A stretch of 64,000 nucleotides of DNA from Fimbriosthenelais zetlandica (GCA_977030845.1 OZ365110.1:34720001-34784000), one strand, 5' to 3'. Positions 24,001-37,982 are shown, numbered from the stretch's first letter. Program-made: numbers and translations. Notes: generated by a model not told the origin, from the letters alone.

Positions 24001-27000
24001 TGTTCGTACGTTTCATAAAGAATAGACGAAGATTCATTTCCCTAACAGTTGAAAGTTTGTGAGTGCATATGGGATTAAGCAACAACTTCATTGATAGGTC
24101 GACCTGACGTATGTCATAAAAACGGCACAGTGGAAACGGGGCTTTAGGAAGTAAAGGTGAGATCATGATCAGAGAAAACCGACATCTTGGTATGAGAAAT
24201 AATTACCTCGCCATCTTGAGTAGCAGTCTTCTCGGATTTGTTGTTCTCTTTGGGTTTCTCATCATCCTTTTGCTGCTTGCGGGCTTTGGCAGCCTCAACC
24301 TCCTGCTTCTTCATCTCAAAAACAACTTGGAAAAGGTCACGGAGAGTGAGCACCAGACCTTCAGCCTGTCCCGAGAAGAAAGAGCAAGCAAAGTAATTAG
24401 TTTAAAAAGCACTCTCTCACGTACCTACCACACACGCGATGGTTGGTTTAATATGAGAAATCAAAACAAGCATGCAATATATATTCCTAGTCATATTAAC
24501 ATTACCGCTCCAAAAAGCCAGATGTTATGTTTAAGGTAAAGAGTTTTCAAAGGGTGAATATATAATATATATATAAGTCCTGTCACCGATTTGGCAGCTA
24601 TCTCATAATGCGATGTACCAGTTTTGAGCACTGGTCAAAATGATTTGAAGTGTAGCAAATGTAATTTTAATATTTATAAGTATGAATATTGCAGCTTAAT
24701 CAATGGTTTTAAACCCGGCCAACAGGTTTTGTCAGGTAGTCAAATATTCTAAAAATTTATATGAAAAAAGTTTGTGGCAATGAATTCATTTACATTCAGA
24801 GCCAATTAGAGAAGGACGCAGGAATAATAGATATACACGAATTGTTTATGGAATACTGGTAATTTAAGACAATAATAGATAATAATATATGAAATGTCGA
24901 CAGTATTAATTTCTAGGACCATTGTTTCCTTACAGGTTTTTCTGTCTTGATTCCGAAGAACTGGTGTTTGCCTTCTCCGAGGCCATAGATGTACCCGAAG
25001 GCCCTTGCGTCAGTAACATCCCGTGATATGAATGAAATCTTGTGGACAGCATGATGATGTATGACCGCCTGACAATGATAAACCAATCACACAGTGTTTA
25101 CAAAGCATCAAAGCCTCGACTAGGCTAAGCAATTGACAGACATATTGCTTATTAAGGTAGTGATGAGCAGGCTAAAAAAATAATTGTAATAGTGTAATCA
25201 ATATCATGTATAGTTATTATTTTCAGCTGGGGGTCTAAAATCACTGATGGGGGTTAAAATGAGCAGAAATGAGCAGGTACATTCTTGTAATCCGTTCTTT
25301 TTAAAAAATAGTATTCAATTTGTTTTAACAGCTTACAAATGGTTTAGCCTGGGTGCTCTACAATCAATTATGTGCTTCAGGCCCGAAATGATCTTAATAA
25401 TTAAGAATTTATCTAGAATATTTTCACATACATTTTCTTATATTATAAGAATTTCACAAAAAAAACAAACAGACAATTTGAGAAACCAGGTATTTCAAAA
25501 TTTAGTGTTTTTTTAAAATAAAGTATGATCACAGAATTGAGCCTTTACTTCAGATTGTATAATAAATCTCCCATCCAGAGCTCAACACTAACCTTTTGGG
25601 CCACTAGCCCAACGGATTTCTAACCTTTATTTTCTTTCTGCCCGACCAGGTCAAAGGCCTGAGAATTTACGGAAACCAACTGACCAGCGAAATTTCATCG
25701 ATTAACATTGTTTTTTTTCATATTTGGACCAATAATTGTAGACATTCGAGGGGAATTTCAGTAATATTGACACAATTTTCAATCTCATTTTTTCACACAA
25801 TTTCAACAACAAATTTGAGGTGCCTGACCTGCGAGATTTCATCGATGAGCTTGAGTCCCTCCAGGGATACATTGACTGTAATCTTGGGTTTGTGAGCCTT
25901 GGCTGACTTGACCATACCTTTCAGCTTCTGCATGGCCTCCTGGCACATCTTATCTCCTCTAGCGTCCGGTACACTCTCTATACCGATGAGTTTAGCCTTG
26001 AAGCTGACCCCGCTCTCCTGGAACCGGGCCGGATCCATTCTGTCCCTCTCACCTGTTAATACAACCGAACCTGTAGGCGATGACGCGAGGCATCGACAGA
26101 CAGACGGGCACAAAGATTAGTACAGTTATGATGAAAACCAAAACATGCAACAAGCGTTATAGGTCATAGATACAGTGAGGACTAAAGCCCCGACATCCAC
26201 TGGGCTGTTTTCTTAACTTCTATCAGTCAATTTACATGACTGATTTTAAGAAAAACCTAGGTGAAAAGATATTCGTTCTTGGCTTTTTCATTTGAGGTGA
26301 ACGCCAGGCGAACGGTACGATGTGTCATTGGTGTCTTAAGACAACTAAACACTATCTTATGCTCTCAACATCTCAGTGGATCTATGACCTTTCAGAAAGT
26401 GGATTGAATAGGAAAAGATGACCAACACCCAAGGTGTCAAGATACTTGTTTGTCAAACAATACTAAACGATTTCAAATAGAAAACTAACAATAATGCAAA
26501 ACCATGCTATCAACCATGAATAGATTCAAATATGTACAAAGAGGAAATGCCAGTAAGAAATGTAAGGCTCGAATAAAGAGGTCTCTAATCAATGTAAGTC
26601 AATAGCCGTGACATTAGGTCAAACTTTAGTGAATAGCTTCATGACATTCTTTCTTCCATCACCCAGGAATTGTTAATATTATTATTTTAGCTATTTAGTT
26701 TTATTTTCTTTACCCAAATATTATTAGAAATGTTGAAGCACAAGGCACAAAAATGCATAATAAAATAAATTTGTCAAGTAAAAAATTTAGCACCATTATA
26801 AATTTGGTTAATATTATACATACACACAAATATTTGGGATGAAGAATATCATAAAGGCCTCCAAAAAGACAAACAATTGAATGAAATGCAAATTCTTATG
26901 TACTGAGCAAATCTTGACAAATAGGGCCTAGTATGGGAACACTAAGGTGTGACAAAACGTGAGGCAAACATAATTGGTGAAACGGGAGTCCAAAAGGGTA

Positions 27001-28012
27001 AAGGGGAAAAGGGAATCAAATGACCAATAGGAGCCAGTGTGTAGAATACATTTTTAAATTTAGAAATTTTGGTTGGTTCCAGAGGGAAAAGTGGCCAATT
27101 GATAAACATTGATTTTCTTTGAACAACTGCCAGATGGATAAATGTTGGATTGTCCAGAGGCCGATTCATTTAAATGGAAACGTTTCCAGACCATGCCAGT
27201 TTTTATAGAGGTAGCTCTCAAGAGGTGAGAACAACCTTGAAAAAAACTGGGCCTCTCTCTCCCTGAGAATGCCACATTTTATCACAGTTGCAAGCTTGTA
27301 CCAGCAAGGTAACGTTGCTTATGCAATTGTTGTATAGTTAAACACACTCTGCCCCGCAACTACTGCGGTTGCAGTTGCATTCTTCTTTGGCTTTAGAATT
27401 GCCATGGTCGATCTTTTTGGTTTGGCTTTCTGGCACATTTGTCATCAGATCTTTATTAATTTAGAAAAGTATAGTGTAGGAAAAACGGATTTGGGGAATC
27501 AATCTACTCAAACAGGTTTTATATTCTTAGGGACTTAGGTGACCAAAAGTACAGTTTTCCAGGACATTTCCAGGTTTTTCAGGAATAAAATTGCAGCATT
27601 TCTAGGAACAAAATTGTTCAAGTTTTCAGTCCACACAAGCCTGACAATGGGCTGGGATTTCGTGGGAAAACCAATTTAAATATCATTTTTCGATGACAGG
27701 TTTTTCAGGACTTGACTGCATTGGAAAACTTTTAAAAATGTTCATGGACTTTCCGGGAGTCTCGAAACTCTTTTCAAATTCTAATGCGTGCAAAAGTTAT
27801 CTTACATCCCTGCCTCTGGTGGCAATGGTAGGAGGCCCAGCCCCGGGAGAAGGTGTCAGTGACTCACCCTTTTTTGCCTTGCCCTTCTTCGGTGTGTCTT
27901 TGCTCTTGTCAGACTTGTCGGACTTGTCACTTTTGTTGCTCTTCGTGTCAGACACATCGTTCTTCTCATTCTCCTCGTTCTCTACCTTCTCCTTGTCGTC
28001 GCTGGGTGGCAT
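12018..28012 (-). CDS. Dab: Disabled (Dab1/Dab2-family) PTB-domain endocytic adaptor, about 1600 aa
   Basis: Exons 28012-27868, 26070-25829, 25068-24934, 24365-24207, 19366-19274, 18388-18263, 17414-13962, 12467-12018 with matching phases. The PTB ([31 protein letters not shown]...[23 protein letters not shown]...[14 protein letters not shown]) closely matches Dab1/2. Many DPF and two NPF motifs. An in-frame TGA just upstream of 28012 fixes the start. Confidence 0.95.
12110..12445 (-). repeat. Coding 24-bp tandem repeat, about 15 copies of PQQMGQPM
   Basis: Unit of roughly CCCCAGCAAATGGGCCAACCAATG in the last Dab exon. It explains why all six frames are open here. Confidence 0.95.
17784..18227. 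mobile_element. Mariner-type MITE (sister family) with TA duplication, containing a nested fragment
   Basis: TA|CAGTGCTCCTCCCCTATTGCGACCACC ... GGTGGTCGGATAAGGGGCGGGGACACTG|TA. Confidence 0.8.
17935..18138. mobile_element. Fragment of a GGGAACCCTG-terminated non-autonomous element (possibly hAT-like)
   Basis: Homologous to 43820-44013 and 53820-54077. All share AAATTCCCTGA-type subrepeats and end in GGGAACCCT(G). Confidence 0.7.
20510..20690. repeat. Degenerate AT-rich tandem repeat (GATATCAAAATTGGTACATATT-like)
   Basis: About six imperfect copies of ATAT(C/T)AAAAT(T)G in a Dab intron. Confidence 0.55.
23324..23575. mobile_element. Diverged CAGTGG-family MITE
   Basis: TA|CGGTGGAGAATCGCTTATGCGACCA at the left end and ATGGTCGCACAATGAGATGGTCGCTTTACT at the right; right terminus decayed. 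Confidence 0.5.
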
Positions 28013-28849
28013 CTTCGTGGTGGCTGGGACACTCACTCACGTCTGAAACATGAAGACAATTTCTTTGAAATTTAATTTTGGATTTAAGATCGATTAAGAT
28101 TCCATAAAAGAATGTGCCATAGAATTGGTTAGGCATTGCTTTTCATGAGGCTTAACATTTATAGTTGAAAAGCCGAAATCCTCTTGATTTTTAACCCCTT
28201 TAATCTTAAGAAAGCGAATTAAAGATTCCATCCCACTCCTGAATGATTATCTAAAATGATGTCAAATTTAATAGGAAGCCAAAGGAGATTCTACATAAAT
28301 CTACACCTGTGACATTTCAAAACATTAGGCCAAGACTCAACAAAATCATTGTTAATACAGTTTTGAAACTAGCTTCAGAATCCTAGTTTTAGTTTTGGCA
28401 TAAACAGTCGGATATTAGACTTGCAGAGTATATCATTTTTGTCTGTTTTCAACTTTTGTGACCTTGGCGTCAATCTAATTTCGTGGCTCATTGAAATTCT
28501 AGCGCAGCCTTTCTCAGGCACCGATTTACCTTGGCAAGTGAGCAAATAGGGGATTTTTGGCAGAGAAGGGAATAGATGATCCAGTGAATCTCATGTCACT
28601 GGGTACGGAGGGACAGACTATAGGACTAGGCTACATGAGGAACACTTTAATAATGACAGCTCCATCTGCCAATAATCTGCATGGAAAAACTGGATAATAC
28701 AGGGCCATTCAACCATGAGGGACTCCTACTTCATCATATATACGGATTCATTATCCTGGCTGCTCATGAATGTTTTTATTTTTCGATATTTCACTTCTGT
28801 CCGTGCCGTTTCTCTCTTATCTCTCTCCGACTGGCTATGTCTAATATAT

Positions 28850-29035
28850 TTATAAGTCTCTCTCTATCTCTCCTTCTATCCTTATCTCTCTCCTGTATTC
28901 TCCCTCTAGAATTCTCTTCTCACTCTATTGCTCGTACACTCTCACTCAATCTCCCTCTCTCCATCTCTCGCACTCACTCTCCTTCTATCCATCTCTCCCT
29001 CACTCACTCTCCCTTTATGCACCTCTCTCACTCTC

Positions 29036-29075
<40 letters not shown>

Positions 29076-29125
29076 GTTATATCTCTCTTTCTCTCCTTAC
29101 ATCCACACCTGTCTCACTGTTTTTG
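28850..29125. repeat. CT-rich simple repeat, including (CTGT)n and (CT)n
   Basis: Visible low-complexity pyrimidine tract. Confidence 0.85.
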
Positions 29126-30007
29126 TCTCATTTCTATTGCATCATTAAATTCTATTACATGATATTCTATTTCTAAGAAATTTTATCTCAAAAATGTCAT
29201 ACAAGATGAGGTCGGTGAGAACAATGGAAAGAGATCCAAAAATCACCTTCAGCCTATCACAAAAACCGACATTACAACCGAATGACTTAATTTGCTTAAC
29301 AGTACAAAAAGAGCAGTGATATTTCTTATTATTATGATGAAGAAGTACATTTGGCATCAGAAATGATGCCAGTGAGATTTTTTACTTGATCATTATGTTT
29401 GATAAAAGATGACAGAAAGTTGGCGGTCTTTCAAGATGTTCATCCTGAACAATACAAGGCCTCATACAGTGCTACGGCCTCCTTATATAAAAATTCTCCA
29501 ATGGGGAGGCGTCTCCCATTTTTATCTTCTGGCAAGCCAAAAAATAAATTCGTATTAATTATACGAAAATTTACATGGCAAATTTTTAAAAATGTTCAGG
29601 AATCCACTGAATTATATACATGTAGCTTCCAATTCACTGATACAATAATAACATGATAAAATATTTCACAGTTTTAGACGTCCAAAAATAGGACGTAAAA
29701 GCTCAGATCTCCCATAAGGATCCACCCCCACATTTGGAGATTTGAGGTCAGAGCAGGAATGGAAAAGACTCTCTGGCAAGCAGCAGAAATAGAAGCAGTC
29801 AGGAAACGTCACTCTGTGATCAGTGAATTTTGAGTCGATAAAGACATTTAAGAGCCATGAGGAGTAGCTCGTGATAATAGACTGTATTACTCGTTAAGCT
29901 TTAATGGTGTAAATGTAACATTAATGCCCGGAATGAAGTGGTTGCCAGAGTAGATATAATAGAAAGGAGCTTTAGCTATTATATAGACTTGCGCAGGTCA
30001 TCGATAC

Positions 30008-30139
30008 TTTTATTTTGTTAAAACTAATTACTGGTGAGACCTTTCCCATCTTGACTGAGGAATCAAGGCAAGTCTTTGATTCTTTTATTTTGTTAAAACT
30101 AACTAATGATGAGACCTTTCCCATCTCGATTGAGGAATC
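30008..30139. repeat. Direct repeat, 2 copies, 75-bp period
   Basis: TTTTATTTTGTTAAAACTAA...GAGACCTTTCCCATCT...TGAGGAATC at 30008 and 30083. Confidence 0.85.
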
Positions 30140-30317
30140 CTATGACCCTCCAGACGAGTGGGTTTGGAGGGAATTGTCTGTCATAGGGACGAGCGCTCAT
30201 CTAGCTATTATACGGAATGAGAATAATTATGAAGAGAAGCTGGGACAAAGACTAGAGGTAGTATCATTAGCTTGAGTGGTAAAATATACATTAATGTATG
30301 ACTTGAGAGCAACTCAA

Positions 30318-30660
30318 CAGTGGAACCTCATTTAACCATCTCACTAAAGCGACCATTAAACATTATTATGACCATCTCACGAATGAGCAGCTCTTTACAT
30401 AGAGCCTAGCAACTAACTAAAATGAACTCATTTTTATGAGAACTTCACTAAAGCGACTAGCTCGCTATAGTAACCACCTCACTAAGCGACCACCTGACTA
30501 AAGTGACCATCCTAAATATGAAGCTAAAATAGTAAAAATGACAATTTTTAACAGCACCATTCTAAAACTCTTAGTGGTAAAACTCAGTAACGCGACAATC
30601 TCACTATACGATCACAATCAATCCAGTCACAAGGATGGTCGAAATAGTGGGAATCCACTG
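30318..30660. mobile_element. CAGTGG-family MITE
   Basis: CAGTGGAACCTCA... at the left, ...GGGAATCCACTG|TA at the right, with multiple CTCACTAAAGCGACCA subrepeats. Confidence 0.75.
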
Positions 30661-30924
30661 TACCTACTTAAACGCACCTGTATAGATGGTGCATCTTGAC
30701 ATTTATATTAAATGAAGAATAGTTTTTTATTATTTAGATATGTCAAGAAGAGACAGATGGAAGGAAGATAGATGAAGCAAAAAGGTTGATAGACAATGTG
30801 GAGCAATTGAAAGGGAAAAAGGTTGCACGAAGCACTGGATAGAAATAGGAGAGTGTGGGATGGGGGATCATGGTCGGGGTGTATGGATGGGTGGGTTGGT
30901 TGGTAGAGGAATGAATGACAATTG

Positions 30925-31145
30925 AAAGAATGAATGAAATTATGAATGAATGAATGAATGAATGAATAAATGAATGAATATATGAATGAATGAAATTATG
31001 GATGAATTAATTAATGAATGGATGAATTAATGAATGGATGAAATAATTAATTAATTAATTAATTAATGGAGTAATGAATGAATGAAATTTAATGAATGAA
31101 TGGATGAACGAACGAACGAGCAAACGAACGAAATAATGAATGAAT
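30925..31145. repeat. (GAAT)n/(TAAT)n/(GAAC)n microsatellite
   Basis: Directly visible. Confidence 0.9.
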
Positions 31146-34100
31146 CAATAAAATATATATCAATACATGAAGAAATTCATCAATTGAATAAAGCTCAGTC
31201 AGTACCTCAAGCACACTCTTATCTATCCCTCCCTCACTCATCACCCAACCACCCACCAGCTCACTCACAGACACTAGAGTAGCTCTCAGGGAGGGCCAGT
31301 GGTGGTGTGGGAGGAGGAGTAGGCCAGACAGCGGATTGAACGGGCCGAACCATTGTATTGTTTGCTTTTGGGCACAAGACGATCAAGTGGGAGGCGGCGG
31401 CGGTGGTTGTGATGGGTCGGGGGGGGGGGGGGGGGGGGGGGGATTCAGGTGTAATGACTTTCTACATGAGCCTCCACTCTACTTTGACAAATGCCATCAT
31501 GACCTGTGTAATTGAATGCTCTCACCATCTGACTGATAGAAGGCCATTGATATAACTGGGACTGTTTCATAATATTAGACGCATTTCATAACAGATAATC
31601 TAACTACCGATTATGAAACGGCTTCTGGGAGTGAGAGGGGTCTATATTCCATTTCCAATGGGAATAATTATAATTATTAAATAATTAATTATTAAATGCA
31701 ACATATCCATCACAATAATAAAATGAAAGTATTTCGTTATTTTTATATGAGTCCCCAAATGTCTGACTGGTTTTCCTGAGGCATCACTTCTCAGGACTAA
31801 AAAATGAATTCTGGATATTCAATCAGTTTTACTAGATTTTAAACTTCATACAATAAAGAATAACACCAATGCTAAATAACAATATTGGTTTAAATCCGGG
31901 CATCCTTTCTTTTCTGAAATGCCCCCCCCCCCCCTCCCCCCTCCCCCCTCCCCCAAATGCTCGTCTGAGAATAGGATTACTGCAGGTCTCATTAGTGATT
32001 ACGACATTATCGATAAGTCGATGTATTCATGGCCAGGGGACAGCTGGATGTGTTGACCAGTGCTCTAATTCAATGCTCATGTGTACATGGTTAAAGTGGG
32101 TGTATTATACAGTACCGTACTTGAAATCAGTGATAAAGGTGATATTGTTTAACCAATATTTAAAAAACCAGCAAAAATCACAAAATTACACCTAAATACA
32201 TGTATGGAAAAATGCCAATGATTTAATAATTATGTATAGAAATTTAATTCACATTCAGAAGAATGTGTCACATATTTTTAATTTGCATCGGGCACAGGCC
32301 TTCTTCGAGATTGATCAAAACGAGTGTCATTTTTTATAGATCTTTTTTAACGATTTTATTTTTTCTATTCTTAAATTGATTGTAAACTTTTTCTGAATTC
32401 CATTATCGCATTTCTATCTTAAATAAAATCAGTAAAAAAAAAACTAAATTTGCAATACACACCGATTTTCCATTCTCTTATAATTTGGAGTTTTCATTCA
32501 ATAATTTTCAGTTAAGAATTTTCTTTTACACAATATTACAGATATACTGTCTTCACATGCTTGCATGCCATAAGAATAAAGTCAAAAGTTGTAAAAGCCT
32601 AGCTGGGAAACCAGCACAAGTTTGATCACTTGGACCAAAATGTTCATAGTGAACTGTGCATGCAGATTGCACGCAGAGAGATGGGGTCAATATGGAATGC
32701 ACGTACAATCCATTAAACTGTTACTATAACCGCTACCATAGCACTTTAAGGCCAATCCCCAGTCACACTTACCCAAGAGCTATGAACAACTATAAAATCC
32801 AAGCTATTTCTGGAGGAAAAAAAGGAAAAATCTGGGATGGGAGGACATTTGCCTTAAGGCTATCAGCAATGGAAATGGCAGTGTTAATGGTGTACATTCA
32901 ATTTTGTGTGCTACATAATTGAAACTGTCTCTCAATGTTGTAGTTTCTCAGAAATGGGGAAGGCCTGTTCCGAAGCTTCCACTCTAGATACTAGAATAAT
33001 GTAGGTGTTTATTATTCTGGGTCTAAATGTAAAATCAGTATTATCACTGATACGTCTGATACATAATATGCTACCAACATTGTGGTAATATTATTACAAA
33101 CACGTAAACTTTATTTATGGTTTATAGTTCATAGTGGCCAAAATGGAATAGTGGCCAAAATGAAAATGTGACGATTTTATATGGATCTAATGTCTTTTAT
33201 ATTAAACTATCATTTTTTTGTTTCAAAGGACCCCAAATATTTTCAACCACATTGAGTTTCGTTTACTAGCCACAGATGATTATCATTTTCAAAGGTCAAT
33301 ATTCATCATTTCAGGAACGTTCATTTGTCAAAAGCTACCAACAAATATCGAATACTTAGCCTACGCCCAGTAATATAGTACAAAAGGTTGACCAGTATGA
33401 GCTAAATGTGGATATTAAATCAGGTTAGCAGTAGGTATGTCTAGTGGATTATTATGTCAATGGATAATCCATATTACATGTATTGGAAGGGGAGGTGTGA
33501 ATTACAGAGGGTACAAAGGGTTGATTAGGAAAGGGAAGGGGTGAGTGGGAGAATGTAGGTGGGTTGCAAGTTACCAATAAATTAGATCCAATGGACAAAA
33601 GAAACCCCAATAACTACCTCTGTTAAATGTATCTAATTTAATAAAAAGTATAGGTGAAATTAGGCAATACATGTATCTGAATTCCTGGAACCGAAACAGG
33701 TATTTTTTCCAGGCAAATAATATCGGAGGCATTTATTGGCATTATTAAAAGTAAAGCAGAATCGTGTTATTGTCAATCGTATTCCAACAGAAAATCACGG
33801 GGTATCACGATTAACATGATTACTCAAACCTTTCTATTCATCTCCATTAGTACTATATATATCCCAGCCTACAAACAACGACCTAGCTCACACCCACTCA
33901 CTACGAGCAGATGGAAGGGAAGAAGGCGGGAGGGTGGGACCTCCGCCCCGCCTTTCACAGATCTATGGCATGTTTGTTCATTGCCAAAACTTGGCAAAAG
34001 TAAAAATAATTTGATGATTTATTTTTGAATTTCTGATATTGATTTTTATTTCTTTTTGTGTGCGGGGACGAGATTCCACAAGGCCGGACCCACCCCACTT

Positions 34101-34348
34101 TTCACAGGGTTCACCTGGCCCCTGACCAGCCCCAAGGCACCCTAAAAAATCCAGAATCGGCCCCTGCCCAACATCACACACAGAAAGTCAGTAAAAAAGC
34201 ATGGCTGGTTATATTACACACCTCTGCTTGAATGAGTCCACCGCATCTCATCCTCCCATCCTCTCTACTCATCATACATACATGTCCTGCACACTCCTTA
34301 GATCTTCATCCCATCCCATTAAGCCTGTTAGTGAGGTATACCTGCATA

Positions 34349-34778
34349 CAGTCGACTCTCACTAAGGCGACTTGCCATTTGGACTGTTCAAACTACAATG
34401 AACTCGTACCAGTGCAGTGGTTAGAAGGTCTGCCCCTTGTGTGGAAGGTCGCTTGTTCAAAGCTGCGGCCGGGCCATATCAAAGACTGAAAAAATGGGAC
34501 TAGTGGCTCCCTCGCTTGGCACTAAGCAAAAAGAGGACAGTACTAGGACTGGCCAACCCGGCGTCAGTATAATGTGACTGGGTGAGGTATCATCTCATGT
34601 ACCTGGGATACTTCAGTGAGGCAGCAATTTTAATGGTCGCATCATGAGAAAGGTGAGACCTTTTAGTGGTCGGATTTTGAGATGGTCGCTTTAGTGATGA
34701 GGTCGTTGAGTGAGAAGTCTTTGGTTCAGACCTTTTAGTGGTCGGATAATGAGATGGTCGCTTAGTGAGATTCCACTG
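34349..34778. mobile_element. CAGTGG-family MITE interrupted by a SINE
   Basis: TA|CAGTCGACTCTCACTAAGGCGAC ... GTCGCTTAGTGAGATTCCACTG|TA. Confidence 0.8.
34400..34640 (+). mobile_element. tRNA-derived SINE, same family as 7660-7865
   Basis: GCAGTGGTTAGA...GTTCAAAGCTGCGGCCGGGCC head, then AAAGACTGAAAAAATGGGACTAGT...TTGGCACTAAGCA...GTCAGTATAATGTGACTGGG. Confidence 0.8.
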
Positions 34779-36149
34779 TACCTGAGCCACGTCTCTTACC
34801 ATTTGTAACATACATGGCTGTTTCCTATCGATTAGTTACCTATTTTAGGTGCGGGCTTTGAGAATGTAGGACGAGAGTCAGAGGCATCGCACCTTTGGCA
34901 GAGTTCCACCCATGATGCCATTTTGGCAAGCTTAGATCGATTTGATACATTAACACCAAGAACTCGTACAGGTCCAAATAGCAGACAAATGGTGAAGTAA
35001 TGGAATACCTAAACGTCAAAACAGGACTTTATAACCCAATGTTTGATTTGTTTTTTTTTCAGGGGGGGGGGGGGGGGGGGGGGGGCAGTATTTCGGGTAT
35101 ACTTTTTGCCTAAGGCTATAAATTATAATAAAACTCAGGACTTTAATTTTCCAATGTTGACATGTTGATCATTTTCAGCAGAAAACATATACATTATTTG
35201 ATTGAATTAATGTTTTTAATCAGGGTAATATTTTGAGCTGAATATATGGCCAGGAGATGAGAAGATATGGCAATAATAGACACATATGTCCTATTTAGGT
35301 AAAGGTGTAGGAGTCCAGGTATATTTATGATATATTTTCCTGTCAACATATCATTTTTTTTGTAAGCTGTCCAGCTTGTTTATAGGTAGTGACATACCAG
35401 TGATGGGTGTGGGGGCAGACTGCCTGCATGGTTAAGTAGAGGTCACTATATAGGTATCATACCTTTCACCTGGGCTACACTCTGGGGATATTTTTAAGCT
35501 GCTGTCTCTGCAACTGATATAGGTCCAATATAAGGGGCAATATTGGATACCTGAGGGACCAATAGTATCGTTACAAGATTGAAAAAAAATGTTGTTTAAA
35601 TGCTTAACATTTGTGTATGGATTATGTTAAGGGGGACGTTACCACTGTTGTCCAAACACATCATATTTGGTTCCAGATCTGAGCTAATTTAGTGCAGAAC
35701 CGGTTGAATTAAGACAATAATAAAAATTTAGAAGAATAGACAATTTCGAAACATTCAATGAGCATGAAAATCAAGCAGTTGTCTACAGGAAAATCTGCAT
35801 GGATCCATGTAAATTTACTAAAAGTTTAAAATTACGCCTGAAAATTTGCTGGTAATTTGCTGATGTTCTATGAACAAATTTATGTAGAACCTGTAGGTAT
35901 TCTCCAGTTAAACGTAAAGGATTTTCTGAAAACCAGTAATGTGTATTGTATGACTAACCACTGTCACTAGTTAATCCATTCTATTTCAGGATACAGGCCC
36001 TGCGTCTCTTCCTCTCAGTCCAAGCTTCCGATGGCGTCAAAGATCATTAAAAAAGGATAAGACGCAGGCATGGCCTTATAGGAATTGATAATACCTGACG
36101 CGGGGGAGGCGGCTGCTGGAGGCAGTACATGTATTAAAACAGTACACCA

Positions 36150-36285
36150 GCATCTGATACAGTATATCTGTCACTGTATATTATACAAGCATCAGTCCAT
36201 ATGTATCTGATACAGTATATCTGTCACTGTATATATATATAAAGCATCAGTCCATCAGTATCTGATAAAGTATATGTCACTGTAA
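36150..36285. repeat. Tandem repeat, about 54-bp period, about 2.6 copies
   Basis: ATCTGATACAGTATATCTGTCACTGTA starts at 36152, 36205 and 36260. Confidence 0.85.
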
Positions 36286-37059
36286 ATGCAGGTAAAGCAT
36301 TGATGATCAATGTATTGTTTTTTTGTGATATGTTTTTTTTAATCTCATTTTATACTATGTCATAATATACTACTCCTATAACTCTTGCCTGTCAAATGTG
36401 TAGGAAATAAAGTATTGAATTCAATTCAATTATTTTAAATCTTCATAACTTTATAGAAGATATTATTCTTATAGTAAACCGGCTGCGTTACTGAAGTACA
36501 TGTAGTCGTAGACTTGAATGGTGAGGGAGCAACTTGGCCCTCGTCAAAAAGTCATTCTTAGAAATCTATTGAATACAAGTGAAAATAAATACCAGTGAAA
36601 ATTTATTTCAAATGGGTAATCTCGTTTCTAGAATCAAATTATATGATAATAGCCTAAGATTCAAATTGCAGCGTGCAATAGCAGTGAATTAGTAAATAAT
36701 ATAGTTACCTTTCCTTTAAGTATTAAACATTGAGCAAAATTCCTTTTCTACGTAGTCCATGGGTAAAATTATACAAGAATGTCAAATATACAATTCCGGT
36801 CAAATGAAACAGTGCAGAACCATGGTTCTGGTGAGGGAGCTAGCTTTGCGGTCAATCACAGTGGGAAACGGAGCCAAAATATATCAGTATAGGCAACAGT
36901 AGCGTCTCACAAAATCTAGTATAGGAGCGGAGGCACCAAGCCGATCTTCCATCGGTTAATGGATTTATTATTTTTAAATGAAGTCAGCAATATTTCAGAT
37001 ATCTCATAACAAGAAGAAACACTCGTACATGGCATCTCAAATAGCAGCTCCATTGTCTC

Positions 37060-37200
37060 CATGGACGGCCTTTTACATGACTCTCACCATAGACACTCTG
37101 ACAGTGGGAGACATGGCTGGCCTTTTACATTACTCTCACCATAGACAGTGGGAAGTATGGCTGGCCTTTTACATGCATGTCTCTCACCATAGACAGTAGT
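37060..37200 (+). repeat. 44-bp minisatellite module, about 3 units
   Basis: Units of ACATGGCTGGCCTTTTACATG..CTCTCACCATAGACAGTGGG. Confidence 0.85.
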
Positions 37201-37914
37201 GATGGGTGAGACTCTAAGATAAAGAAAAATAGCAAACTTGCAAAATGCTTCCTGAATTGAAACTGAGATCTCCCACACTCAACTAGAAAACTCTAGTGCC
37301 TGAGCCACCTTGGTAAAACCCACTGTGAAAATTACAAGCAAAAGGTTTGAGGAACTTGAGAGCCATCGGTTTGGTGTGAATATGCTCAATGTTTTTGGGT
37401 GGAAACCATTTTGCCCCAATGGCCCAATTCCCTATAAACGCTCAATGTGTTTGCATACTGGACATTGTGATGGTTCCCCAGTGTTTTCTTCTCTTCTGGG
37501 ACCTGTCTCTTAACAAAAATACGCTACATCAGCCAATAATAAGTAAATGGAAGTAATGTAGCATACCTTACATCTGTAATGGGCCCACTGATCAGAATAT
37601 GGAGTGAATGCAACAAAACTATCATATATTGGATGTATCTCCCTTATTTTCTAGGGTCTGTTTCATAGAAAAAATGCGCTATTTTAGTCAATAAGTCTTT
37701 AGGGGTCATGAGCGAGTTAAAACTATTCCATTAGCTTTTTGTCAGCAATGTTTCAAACTATCTCAGGATGCAAAATAAAAGCAATGTTTTTTTCACATGC
37801 TTCCCACAGTGGGAGACCGTCAGACATGACTGGTCTTTGATATTAAACTTAGTATACTCACTTATAAGTGAGCAGCACTGAGTGGAGGAGGACAATCGGC
37901 AAATTTAGGAAAAT

Positions 37915-37982
37915 GCTTGGAGAATTGAACCTTGGACCTCCTACATTGAAGTCAAACACTCTAACGTCTGAGCCACAAGGCC
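37915..37982 (-). mobile_element. tRNA-like SINE head fragment
   Basis: Minus strand GGCCTTGTGGCTCAGACGTTAGAGTG...GGTTCAATTCTCC has A and B boxes but no complete acceptor stem. Confidence 0.55.

Noticed and set aside
37915-37982. Possible tRNA genes (also 7800-7865 and 34400-34470)
   Set aside because: They have A/B boxes but no complete cloverleaf, and two continue into a shared SINE body.
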